A model generated the notes under the pieces. The model did no database searches and had not been told where the DNA came from. It saw only the letters and a program-made list of their open reading frames with translations. A DNA stretch of 64,000 nt from Catajapyx aquilonaris (Eukaryota), in contig JYFJ02001088.1 in the NCBI GenBank assembly GCA_000934665.2, positions 1-64,000 of the forward strand, in the 5' to 3' direction. A program made the position numbers and the translations under genes. This document shows, piece by piece, positions 51,301 through 63,931 of this stretch. Position 1 is the stretch's first letter, and the number at the start of each line of letters is the position of its first letter.

Positions 51301-53706
51301 TTTGTGATGAAGGTTTAGACTAGGGGATTATCCTCTGGGTGTGATATTCCTGAAGGGATCTGGATGGCCACCTTTTGGCTTCCATTTTTTCCCCCCTCCT
51401 CTTATTTCCTTTCTTCTCTCCTTTAAGATGGAGGTCTAGGACAACACTTTCACCTCCCAAGAAGAATCCTTTGTTCAGCCTCAAACCAAAGCCCCGCGCG
51501 GTCCAGGAAATGGCGAAAAATGCCCTCCATCTTGGAAGACGCTATATGCGAGATGGGGTGTAATTTATAGATAAAGGCCGGTCCTTCGTTAGAATCAGGG
51601 AAAAAAAGAAAAGAGCGTGAGAGAAATTCCGCCCCTCGCAGGTAGTTAAAGAATGACAGAATGGCAGGTCTGATGGGGCAGGAATGAAAAAAAGAAGAAG
51701 AAGAAGAAAGATGCCCCCGGCAACTCTCGGAGAGGTCGAACGTGTGTGTGGCCTGATGGCTAAGATGGCCTCGGGACTTTTCAAGTCGCCTGGCAACATC
51801 TTCATTTGCTCTTGTCTGCTGAGAAAACGATGCATGCTCTCTCGAAGCACTGCCAGTCTCTATTTGACACATAAAATTCAGGGCCCACCAATTCCGGTAC
51901 TTTATGGACACCCTGTATATTTGTGTGGAATGCCTTTTGCTACACAGCAGGAAGTAATTTTTCTTCTTCTCCAACCCCCTCTTTGGTGAGAAGGGGGCGA
52001 AAAAAGAAGAAGAAATGGCCCCCAACCACGCGTATAGTTTGGGTTTGGAGCAGAAAACATAAACAAAGCCATGGGATCTCCTGGGTCCTTATTTTTCTCG
52101 ATCTAAAATGACGCCAGCCTCTCAAAGTAACATCCTGAGTCACCCATGTCCGCTCAACACCGACTTCTCAGCTTCTAAGAAAGCTTGCAGATTCCATATT
52201 GCAAAACAAGGGCTGGCAATTTTTCGCATTCAAAACCCCATGGTGGTCTTAAACATGTGGCATTGAAATCGCGGTGAGAGGACAGGTTCGCCCACATACA
52301 CATTCTGCGGGTATCTCTTCTCCCACGATACACGAAAGCGAAAGGGTATGTATGTTTTAAAAAAAAGAAGGTGAGACCAGTTACCTATCAGGTTTATGCC
52401 AACACCTCCCTGACCCATCTTTAGTCCATTCAAACTCGGCCTGAAGCCTGCAGCGACTTTTTTTTGTGTGTGTGTGTTAACTATTACAAGACGACCACTG
52501 GACCAGATGACATTCCGCTCCACCTCTTTTGCGCAACATTGCAATTCAACCCTGATTTTTGCTTGCTTCATACACCAACACTGAAAGAGCTAGCAAGTCA
52601 CGTATGAGTCGTGAACTTTTCTTATGGGAAGTCTTAGACGATTAGTCAATTGGTTGGGTAATGTTGACAGAATGGGCGCCACACTCAAATTGCTTCAGAA
52701 TTTGTTTGGACTGCCAATATAATATGCGTCATGAAACTTATGATGAATGTGCAGTTAAAATTAAATTATTGTGAATAATTGAGGTATTACTGTTGCACTA
52801 TGAGAACAAAGAGTCCTTATAGCCGCTTATTTTCACGGGCCATAAGCACAGCATGTTTACCATAACAAAACGAAAAGTATACACCAGAAGTGTTTGTTAA
52901 TTCCTTTATGTGTAGGTGGAGAGCGACCTTTACTCTATAATCCCCCCTTGCATTTGGGCGGTTGACGCCAATATACCTGACAGGTGTTGGGGCACCTAAT
53001 GCTGACCTATTGCACCCACAGAGGAATGCTGTTGCTTGTAATCTGGCCGATCCACTCTTTCCATCCGGACCCGCATAATTATTAGCCAACCTCCCTTTAT
53101 GGATGGAAAAAGTTCAAATCTTACACCCCCATCGTATATACGTGTGGCTCATGATTAGACATCACTGAGGGGGGATGATTGCGGAGTTATAAATATTGTG
53201 AATCGGTGCGGGTATCGGCCAGGGATGTTTACTGAGGTAATAACAATATTTTGGATTCAGGGCTAACCTCTAACGGGTTTTGTCCACGAGTGGTCCAGCC
53301 AGCTACGCCTTGTTATTATGCCGGCCCGAGATGAGATTGGATATGTAACTTATAGGGAACACATAATTGTGACGCGAGCAACAGATCTCTTGTGATAGCT
53401 TGTAAATGAGCGCGCTTATTTTATTGGCCGCATAAGTGAGCGCCCAATGAGTTTTTTAAAAATAAATATGAATTTAAGAACACACTGGTGAACATATTAC
53501 AATTTAATATTTTAAAACATTTCTACGATACTTACGTTCGTCGAAGCCATTTTCAGGTAACGGCGAAATTAAAAGTGTCAGAGCTGTATAGACCTCTCAG
53601 GCATCTTGTTGTCGAGGAATGCGCAGGGCCACTGGCGGACAAAGTCTGCGTATTAGAATGAAATGAAAACATCGTGATTGTGTAATTCTTCATATTTCTG
53701 CACATA

Positions 53707-53920
53707 CAGGGTGTTTCAACTTTTTTTGTCCGAACAGTTATCGGAAATATTGCACTAAGCTGCTACTTTGTAAGCAGTGTATATGTCACGTCAACCTAAG
53801 ATTCGCAGGGAATATTCCCCATTCCTCCGAAAAACCCGTTGCAAGTCACTGCTTACAAAGTAGCAGCTTATAGTGCAATATTTCCGATAACTATTCGGAC
53901 AAAAAAGTTGAAACACCATG
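53707..53920. mobile_element. Tc1/mariner-type MITE
   Basis: TIRs of about 70 bp starting CAGGGTGTTTCAAC and ending GTTGAAACACCATG, with TA on both sides. Confidence 0.85.
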
Positions 53921-55635
53921 TATATACATATAATAACAGACGAGACGTATTGTCATCACTTGATCAGACTTTTGTAGAGAAACAGAAGAGTAATGAAGTG
54001 TTGGACACGATTCAAAATTTAAACAAGTACAAACTCGAGAGTTTTAAGGTCATTTTCAATTCGTAACATTTTAAACCTATACATACGTATCTCAGTCTTT
54101 GTCTTGAGACGTATTTTTGAGATATGGCCAGTTTCAAGTGTGGTTTGCAGAAGAAATGTGGCCTCAGTAAAGTTCCGCTTCCTGCAACGGTTTGGTCCAA
54201 TGCCAACATATCTATTACAGTATTTTGTATTTGCAAGGTTGAAAATTATCGACAAGGTCTTTGACTCTCTCTCACACCGATAAGGTTATTTAATCGTAAC
54301 TGGTTATTCAAGATATCATACAGTGTTATTTACGCCACAAATAGAGCAAAACCAAGAAATAATAAGGCCAGAATCTGTGGACCCCATAAGGAAAATAATT
54401 CTAAAATAACATCAATTATTATGAGTAAGTGTATATCACACAGTAACTAGGACGTAAATATTTATGCAAATCCATATGTCACGCCCCTGTTGAAAGCCAT
54501 AACAACCTCCACTATCTTCCAGAGCGAATAATTATTATGTAAACCTGTGGTTGGACATGATTTAGCAAGAACTAATTTTTCCTGCTTTCCTAACTTACAT
54601 TTTACTGTAATTATAATCGATTTTCTGCTCTACTTGAATGGCTTTCACTATTCCTACACTTGAAACATACTGTGTTTTGTTAAAGTTATTGCAGTATTTA
54701 TACGTAATTTTCTTTGCTAGTTAACTTACAGTGCATTGATTTCATTATTAATTAATATTTAATATTAGTATTAAGTATTAATATTAGTGCCTGGCCTTTG
54801 TCAACAGGTGTGGTCAACAACGTGCAAATAAACATTGAAAGGGGGAGGAGAGGTGTGAAGCACTATTTATTACTAGTCACACATAGTCTTATAATCATTT
54901 AGATATACCACACAGCAGCACTCTTCGCCGCGTCGCCACTCATTGCCCCTTTTCCAAGGATTAGAGTTGAGCAACCGGTGACTCTTCAGATACATATGGA
55001 GTCAACCTCCTACCAAGAAAAATGCTTTTTAAAAAAACGGAAGGGGGCGTCATCTAACTTATAAAAAATAACTGAATGACGTGCCTTCAAAAATATTTGC
55101 ACAACCGCATCAATAGTTGTGATTTTGGGGATGGTAACACCAAGTTCTTCTCAACTTTCCGATTCCCTTTTCTGGAGACCCGCCCCAACAGAAGATGCTT
55201 TAAAATAAAAAAAAATAATAAAAAAATCTGAAGCTGAACCCAGCCAGCGGCGGATTGAATAACATATTTGCCGCCGTTTCCTCGGGCGTTTCCCGCCGCG
55301 CGTTTTTTTCCAGTCCCGTCTCATCCGTGACCAGAGCCCCGCCACCCCCTTCTTTAAAAAAAAAAATGAAAAAAAAGGAAATGAATGCAAAAAGAAAAAA
55401 GACCAAAGAAGAAAGGAGGCGGTGGCTGCACAAGAGGAGAGGGGTAAAAAAAAAAAAAACACCCCCCCTCCCCCTCCCCCTGAAAGTCTTTGGTGTCTGG
55501 CCCATTGGCCCACTGCCCTCATGAATTCCCGTTCGCAGCCCGGGAAGAGCCGCCACCTGTAGGCTTGTTTTCATAACTCGCCTTTTTTTGTGCCTTTTAT
55601 TGTCAGGTGCAGGCGGGAAAAACCATAAAGGCGCA

Positions 55636-55975
55636 CAACAACAACAACAACAACAACACCATCCACAACAACACAACAAATAATAACACGTAACTGATAA
55701 TAAAATGTAGCTAATAACACGGAACTAATAACATATGTAACTGCTGTCTACGTAACCTGCAATAATACAAGTACGTACGGTAATAACTAATAAAAGACAT
55801 AACCAGTAACTAATAATGCATAGCTATAATAATAGCCAACTAATACATTATTAATTCACAGCCAACTACACAATAACTAATAATCCATAGCTAATATCTA
55901 ACGTGTATCTATTAACACATAGCCAACAAATCATAACTGATGACAATAGGTAATAAAATATGATACATAGGTAAT
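55636..55975. repeat. (CAA)n run followed by a degenerate AT-rich minisatellite with 14-17 bp units (TAATAACACGTAAC-like)
   Basis: Recurrent (C)TAATAA(C/T)...(G/A)TA(A/G)C units from 55681 to about 55960. Confidence 0.65.
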
Positions 55976-58529
55976 AAATTAATATTATCATTATTATAGT
56001 AATTAAATAATGCTCTATCAGTCTAGCATGCTGATCTTCCCGGTAAAATGCTGAGCATATTTTAGCAGTCCCTATATGTTAATTTGTAGCAGTTTGTAGG
56101 CATTGGCGGAGCTGGCGTTATATTTCGGGAGTGCTAATATGTCCAGCAGTGTACGTGGCCACCACGGGACCAAGCTGCACCGACCTGTGACAATTGCGTA
56201 ATGAGCACTACACGGTAATGACTAATGAGCAAGAAGCTAATTGGAACAATAAGGGGTGATGGGGGGGGGGGGGGGAACCCNGGAACCTCAAAATGAGTAG
56301 TACTTGGTGTGTACACATCACACCTGACCTGAACCGAACTGTACCTGTCTTGAACCTGTAATCCGCACGCGTACCCACCAGACCCAAGCATTGCCCCCGC
56401 CCCTGTAAAACCCGGTCTCTATAGTAGAACAGCCCCCATGTAGAACAATATAAACTGACCGAGTTAGTTTGAATCGTGTGGTCAGCGAGGAGGTGGCCAT
56501 GAACTTGACCGGACACGCTCGTCTAGATGTCGCCACAGGCAAAATGGCGCCAGAATCTCTCAACTTTCCATCATCCGCCAACAGATGGCAACTTGCACGA
56601 CACAGGGAGTAGGCCACCGACCTTCTCTTACACAACACCTGTCGGCGGAGCCCACTCCCTGCCCGCAAGAATGGTCATCAGGTCACCGCGAAACCGACTC
56701 ACCTCCCAACAATGCGTGTTCCTTCGGGCCTGGGACTCAACCGATACACCATAGACAACCAACGGCAGGCCCAGCCAACACCACAACTTCACATCTGATG
56801 ATGATGATGACCTGCTGCTGTTGGGACATGTCACCGATGCAGCCAGAGAATGGCAGTGATTTCACCAGAAGCCTCCGGTTGTTATAGCTTCATTGTTGTT
56901 GTTGCCCAATGTCCTAATGTCACATCACCATTGTTCTCTGGTTGAATCAGTAACACTGGACTCTCAAGGTACAAGTCTGTACTTTCCCAATTTTCGAATA
57001 CCTTTCAGCCACTGCTTGTAGTTGCAAAACTTGCAATTCAGCGTGATGGACGTGAAGACATGCCGAGCTAACCATTCTGGAATGTTAAATTTTACTGGAG
57101 CTAGTAGACAATTAGGGGGGGGCTATCAAGTCAAATTTTTCTCTCTCTCACACATACACAGATCTAGGAAAGGCAGAGTAATCAATTTTGACAATTTTCA
57201 CATTTTTGATGGGGGGTAATAAAACACTTTTTTTTTGGTTTGTTTCAGACTTAATATTGAATTCGATTTGGTTAAGGGCAAAGGGTTTCCATTTCAAAAT
57301 AATTTTTATGCTTCAATAATTTAACTCTCTTTCCATGGTTTTTATGGTAAAAAATCTGGCCTGAAAGCTTTCATTTTGTAATTTAAGAGGGGGTTTCCAT
57401 TTAATTTTTGGTCTTAAAAATGTGTGTATTATACACTTTTCATCATATGGCCTGTGCCTAAATGACGATAATTTATGTGTAATACACTTGCGTGAAAACT
57501 TTCGAGGCTGACTTATTAAAACTGCATTTTCATCACATTGGAGAAAAAAATTACCTGGCAAAAAATCAGAAAAGAATCAGGGTAATAACATGTCCACTTC
57601 AATTATTATGTACAGTAGTCTGAAAGTGGGTTAGGTGGCCCGGTCAAACATAGAGTCTACATACCGGTACCAGCAAAGTCTTCAGATGTATAAATCGCTA
57701 GATTTCCTGAACCTCCCTAATTTTCCCTAAAATCCACATCTCCCCATCTCATGTCCCCCATCCCCTTCCTACCCACAACCCACCCACCTCATTGTTGCGT
57801 CTTCATTCCAGACGGTTGTACTCCACAAGAACAGTTGACTAGGTTCTGTAAACATGCAGGAGGGTCTGGCCGACTAACTCAGATCATTATTCCCCTTTTG
57901 GGTAAGGAGAGAACACACAAAATGGTGGTAGTGGGCTGTCTGGACTCATGGGCTGAGATAGCTACGATAGCTCGTACCTCACCATAATTATGTCATGGAT
58001 GAAATTACCCATGCTGTCCAGACTATGGGCCTAAAGTAATCTGCCCGGCTGACTGAAACGCCAAGAGGCACATTAACCTTTCTCCATACATACTTTTAAA
58101 AAGACAGCAACTTATATAAAGAAATTTATTTAATACAATAAAAACTAAATAAACAGTACATTTATGCTAATAAACTTTAATGAATTTGCCATCACCACAT
58201 CCCAAGTCTCTCCTCTAGTGTGCTACTCAAATGTACAGATCCAATCTCACACCATGGTCACTCTTTTCCCATTCTTTTTTCCCTTCCCCAGTTTCTGCAA
58301 CAAGTCTTTCCACACAAAATACCAAATCCTGCCACACACCCAGCCATCTGTAGGTATCACTCACTTTGTGCACATCCTAACTGGCTGCTCTTCAAAACTT
58401 TAAAACCTTAAAAGGCCACAATTATTTTGACTACAATAAGCCTACAACTACGTAGATCACAAATTATACAGCATGATCCTAAACCAAGGCTCAATATAAT
58501 TATACTGGATATAATTATACTGGATTTGC

Positions 58530-58813
58530 GGGGAGGCGAAGTGGCGCTGCGGTAACGTATGCGCCAGCGGATGTTAAGGTCCTGGGTTCGATCCCAACCC
58601 GGGGTTCCGCCCCTTCATCTTGCGCAGAGTGAGACCGTCTCTGGCTTCGTTTCCGGTGGCGATCCTTCCATTATGCCACCCGGGGGAGTTCACAAAACGG
58701 CACATCAAAGACATTGCACATCCCCTCCCAGTTTCCCTGCCCGTGGGTCCAGGTGTATTAAAAAATAGGCAACAGCCCATAGGCCTAGTTGGCTTCATAA
58801 CAAAAAAAAAAAA
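58530..58813 (+). mobile_element. Full-length-looking tRNA-derived SINE upstream of spartin
   Basis: A box TGGCGCTGCGG, B box GGTTCGATCCC, a body of about 280 bp and a terminal A-run. A 15-bp tandem duplication (ATATAATTATACTGG x2, 58494-58523) precedes it. Confidence 0.7.
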
Positions 58814-59553
58814 TCTTATACATTTGATTTCCCTTATTTTTTCCATACATAAACCAAATCAGAAACAAAATTTGAGAGAGAAAATTTTGTTTTTTTTTTT
58901 GTTTTTCCATAGACTTCATAACTTCGTCCGCACACTGATCTTCACCTTGGGGTGACACTAATACCCAGCAACACGGCCGTTGCCCGGACCCCAGCATTTT
59001 CGGCCACAGGAAGCGTTGACCCGCGGGCATCCGGTGATTCTGCAGTAGTGTTCAAACAGGATCAGGTCGCCCCTGCCGTGGAACACTCCGTGGAGGTGTT
59101 GCCACACGTGGTAGGGCCCTCCAGCTTCCTCCCGGGGGTGGTGATGGTGCATGGTGGTAGAGCTCCCAGTAGACGTCTTCCAGTTCCAGGAGCGAAGAAG
59201 AAAGTTCAACAAAACAGGGGAAAAAAAACAAAAACCCCGCGAGCAGAACACAGGTAGTAGTCCGCCACGGACACTTTCAAAGTGTCGACGTGGCCCACTC
59301 CCTGTGCCAGGTACATCCGACATGGAACGATCTCGGCCCCATGCAAATTAAATCCAATTAGTCATCATGGGAGGCGGCCAACCTTGAACCGGACTCACCT
59401 CAGCAATACTTGGGGAAGAAAAAAGGGATTCACGTGAGTATGACGGGAACTTTTAAAAAAGAAGGAGGTCGTTGGGTGGGAGAAAAAAAAGAGAGAGTGA
59501 GCCACTTTTTTGTGGATTCTGAAGAGTTGACCCCTCCCGGCATCATAGGAAGG

Positions 59554-62500
59554 ATGGAGGCTGGAGCAGCACCACCCAGGCCAGCACCACCGGTGGCTGC
59601 ACCCAGGACCAGGGGGGCTGACGGGGCAGGGAGGGTGAAGAGGCTGCACGACCTGGCGTACCATGTCATCAACGAAGGGATCTCCCTGGAGGAGCAGGGG
59701 AAGAAGGACCAGGCGTTCGGGAAGTACCAGGAGGGACTGGCCATCATTGACGATGCGGTGGGGGTGGACGTGACAGGGCCGCAGTGCGCCGGAGAGGAGT
59801 GGGACAAGGCCAGGGACATGGTCTGCAAGATGAGGAGGACCAGGTGTGTATAGCATCCATGTACTGACAGAAACTGATGTGGGTGATGGTGCAACAAGAG
59901 TTGCGTCAAGTTGAAGGGGCTGACATACAAATACAGTGGAACCCCGATTTATCTGACATCCATGGTCGGAACACAAAGAGTGGATGGCGAAGACGTGAAC
60001 GGCGATCAAATTGAGCCACGGTTTAAACCTCTCTCCATGCTAAACCCCATTTTGGAAGCGGAACCCCGGTTTAAACAGCAATCTAACTAAGCCGAAGTTT
60101 AAACTCCACCTTCGCAATCCACCCAAAAAAGTTCAGATAATCTGAAGAGCAAAGAAAACTTGAATGAAACAAAAAAAAGTATGAAAACATGAAATAATGT
60201 ACAAGAAATATGGACGTATTTTATACACACTCGACTGTAGGCTACTGTATTTACAATTTAACTAAGGCAATACAAAAACAGTATTTGATAAGAAAACATT
60301 GATTGCTGGAGCAAGGTTGGACATGCAGAGGAGTTGGATAATCATGGTTGTACTGTACGTTAATTTCCAAAATTTTATTTATTAGCTCAGTGATATTTGA
60401 GATTTTCTTTTTCCGAGAATGTCACACTGTACAGTGCAGTGGAACACGTGCTTGGACAATTTTTGTGCATGCGGTAATGCGGTTGCGACATCTGAGAATA
60501 GCTAGAATTTTTGGCGGTAGTTTCATGCTGTGTGGGACTGATGCCAACATTTGGTACATTTGGGTGATATCGCTTCTAGTTACTAGTACCTTGAATGTGA
60601 CTGTGCCAAGCGGCTGCATAATCTTGTGACTGGCTGTGACTTTCCTCTGATTAATCATTGTTCTTGTCATTGCTGATTCAGAGTCACAAATTATTAATGC
60701 CACCATTTGTTTCATCAGGAAAGAGTTGCTGAGCAGAGTGACCGACGTGCAGAGCTCTCAACCACCATCCAACCAAGATGCTCCTCCTACATATGAAGAG
60801 TTTATGAGGTCTCAGTCGATGGAAACGCCTGCACCACAGAACCCATACATGGACGTTAACAGTGCCTTGATGGATATAGCCCAGGAGATGGATCAATCTC
60901 AGACAGTGCCGAGGGATGCGGACGAAATCTTCTGTATCCCCAACAATGTTCAGATGTTTTTTGTCAGACCAGATGGGAACGTGAGCGCACCATCATATCC
61001 ATCTGCGCTGAAGATTTATTTGTTCAGACAAGGAGAGGCCGCCGCATCTCAGAATGCACCGGGATTCCTGCAGGTCGGAGACTGGACCTATCCGCTCCTC
61101 CCAGGACAGTCACCTGTGCTACACAGCACCTATGGTGCGTACATGTTCCCAGACATCTCATCGCAAGTGGAAGGGGCGGCCGTTGGACTGATCATTCCAT
61201 CCGAGGTTGACAAGCAGATGAGGGAGATGTTTGAGGACATCCTGACTCAGATGACGGCCATGGTGCAGCAAGAGCCAACCCCATCCGAAACGAGCAAAAA
61301 CATTGCTTCAGGTTTGGTTCAAGGTATTACTCTACGCATGTGTGCAGCTTGATTGGTTGTTGGTCTGATCTTGATTAACCTTTAGCTGGAGAATCCTCTT
61401 TGCATATTGTACAATTTTGGGTGAAGTATTCACTATAAACAAGAAATATTATTGCACCAATTACTGCAGGCATTCCGTGTGATTTGTATTCCTGATCGGT
61501 AGGGTTCCTAAAATGTAAGTATCTGTTATTGACAAAGTGTGCTGCATGCGATTATCCATTACAACGTTGGATATGTGAATGAAATGCAGTACTTGCATAA
61601 TGATTGAGATATCTTGTGATAAAATACTCTTTGCTACCCATATTTCTTCTAATGTAACAATTTTCTTGATTATAATCCTTACACCCTACGCACAGCAAGG
61701 GCTTTTCATGTAAAGAAATGGGGTGTTTTGTCAGTTTCGTCTGCCAAGCACCCAAGAAGTTACTTTACCTACCAATGTTAATTAAGCGTATTTTTCAGTT
61801 GAAGCTTACAACACATACAGGCATACTTTACAGTACTTTCCATTATTTCCGTGTTATTATTTCTGGCTGTTTCCTTTCTCTTACGGAAGTGCGGTGATGC
61901 ACATTTCACCTGAGCGTGAGTCAAGTGTCAACCAGTGTCATTTCATTACTTCTACTATTTTTTTCCCGGTCCAGCGCTCTTGCGCACTAAATATCGATTG
62001 TGTAAGGCATTCATACGCACTAGCAAACATGCAAAATGCCCATGATATGCTTTACGGCAGTGGTCTGGAACCGATCCTGCCATGTTAGCGAGGTATGCTT
62101 GTACTTTCATATTTTCCATAATTGAAGGGTCGCCCCGAATAATGTTGTAAGTGATAACGGTAACCAATGTCACTTACAACATTATTCGGGGTGACCCTTC
62201 AATTTCTGCATAAGACATGCGAAATAAAGCTTGAGCACAGCTTCCTGCTACTTTCATTCATAAATGCTACATTTTTCTAGTTAACTGCTCTTTATACTAA
62301 TTAAACCATAATTAATCCTGGCTTGAGTCACTTTGGGTGCAGTCATTTGATACTCTGCAGCCCTTGCTTGCAAAACTTCCTACTTGTATGGCATATGTTG
62401 CATTGTTTGTATTGTGTAATTTTGCAGCTGCAGAGAAGATTGCCCAGGGGTTGATGTACGGGGCGGAGAAAGCTGGTGAATGGATGAACGTGGGTACAGA

Positions 62501-63465
62501 GAAACTGAAGCAGAACCTGAAGCCAGACGCCCAGGAGAAGCAGGTCGACCCCAAGGTGAAAAAGGGAGTAAGGACAGCTAGGAATGTGACTGGGACTGCA
62601 GTGAAGGTGTCCGGGTTTGTCGGTAAGCACTGGATGTTGACGCAATGGTGGAAAAAGTGTGCATATCCACTTGGTACTAATGTGCAGAGTAGCATAACTA
62701 AGCCCTGTTTTATCGTGTTGATAGTGTCACGTGTGGGCATGGCAACAATGGCACTGGGTCGCTACCTGGCACCCCACATCCGCAAGCAAGGTTCCAAGTT
62801 GGTGTCCAAAGTGACCAAAAGTGATGAGAGGAGGGCTTCTCAACAGGTGGATAATGTGTTGGAGGTGGCTTCTGGAGCACTGCAAGGGTTTGGCACCATT
62901 TACGTTGGGCTGGAAGGAGCGGCCAAGACGCTGGCTTCAAACCTCACCAACAACACTGTACAGGTTGCGCAGCACAAGTGAGTAGCATCAGTGTGCAAAG
63001 GCGATGTTATCTCAAAGTCAGCCTATCAGAGAGGAAGTTTGCAGAGCAATTCGCAAGATTAGTTTGGAAAGATCTCTTGAGATTGCCTAAGAGGAGAAGT
63101 TGATGTTGGGCCAATCATGCAATACAACTTGTAATGATTGAAAAATACATTTCATTCTGACTGAGTATCAATGGATAATATGATGTTGATTTAATTGCAG
63201 GTATGGGCAGGATGTTGGAGAAGTAACGTCGGATACCATGCATACTGTTGGATATGCCATGATGACTGGACATAATGTAAGTGCCCTTGGCGTCAAAGGG
63301 TTGGCAAAGAAGACCGCAAAAGATGCGGGTAAAGCACTGGTTGAAGATTACCATACAAGGCAAAAGGGAGCCCAGGGTGGTGATCCGAAAGGAGAAAAGA
63401 GCCAGTCTCCTAGCGCATCAGAAAAGAGCCAATCACCGACTACTCCAGAAAAACCACCCAAGTAA
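59554..63465 (+). CDS. SPART: Spartin (SPG20 orthologue), 5 coding exons, 535 aa
   Basis: Exons 59554-59843, 60719-61323, 62428-62622, 62725-62977 and 63201-63465 are GT-AG and in phase. The MIT domain reads HDLAYHVINEGISLEEQG...YQEGL...W.KAR.M..KM. It is followed by a PPTY (PPxY) motif, the central segment VQMFFVRPDGNVSAPSYP...FLQVGDWTYPL, and a C-terminal senescence domain (AEKIAQGLMYGAEK...ASGALQGFGTIYVGLEGAAK). Confidence 0.95.
59934..60355. mobile_element. Degenerate pogo/Tigger-like non-autonomous element in spartin intron 1
   Basis: TA-CAGTGGAACCCCGATTTATC ... GGATAATCATGGTTGTACTG-TA. An internal segment with three GTTTAAAC motifs may be a nested relic. Confidence 0.55.
62120..62204. 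repeat. 35-bp inverted repeat with a 15-nt loop in spartin intron 2
   Basis: AATTGAAGGGTCGCCCCGAATAATGTTGTAAGTGA pairs with TCACTTACAACATTATTCGGGGTGACCCTTCAATT, with only one G:T pair. Confidence 0.9.
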
Positions 63466-63931
63466 TGCCAGCACAACACTTTCGTGTCAAAATCATTTGT
63501 TTATATTTTTGCAACGGATTGTTTATTTTTGCAATGTACTACTGTAGCTCTTAACAAGAAAATGGGGGTCATTCCACAAGTGTGATGTACAGTACAGGTA
63601 TTTAAAAATGAATGTTTAGAAAAGGCTATGTAAAATATTTTAAAGTTTATTTTGTAGTATCAAAAGGACTGTCCAATATTTCCGTAAACATGCAGCGTTT
63701 TCATGTGAGCTTCGCAAATTTCAGAACCTTGACACAAGCTGTACGATATCCAAATGTTTCCAAGGCTTATCGAACATTAGTCAAGTTTCTGTAATTTGAC
63801 GCTGACCAGGGGAAACCCAATTAGGCCTTCGTTAGCATATATCTGTGAAGAGAGAGAAGTACTGCACCGTGTACTCAAAGTGAGATTATCCATGCAATGT
63901 TGTGTAACCTTACATTTGCAAATTACGAGCT

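Noticed and set aside
55151..55679. Phe/Lys/Cys-rich ORFs
   Set aside because: Products of A/T homopolymers and (CAA)n repeats.
58530..58610. Possible tRNA gene (also 1410-1483)
   Set aside because: A and B boxes are present but no cloverleaf closes, and the sequence continues into a SINE body.
59395..60009. Antisense ORFs of 204 and 166 aa over spartin exon 1
   Set aside because: Shadow ORFs of a GC-rich coding exon.
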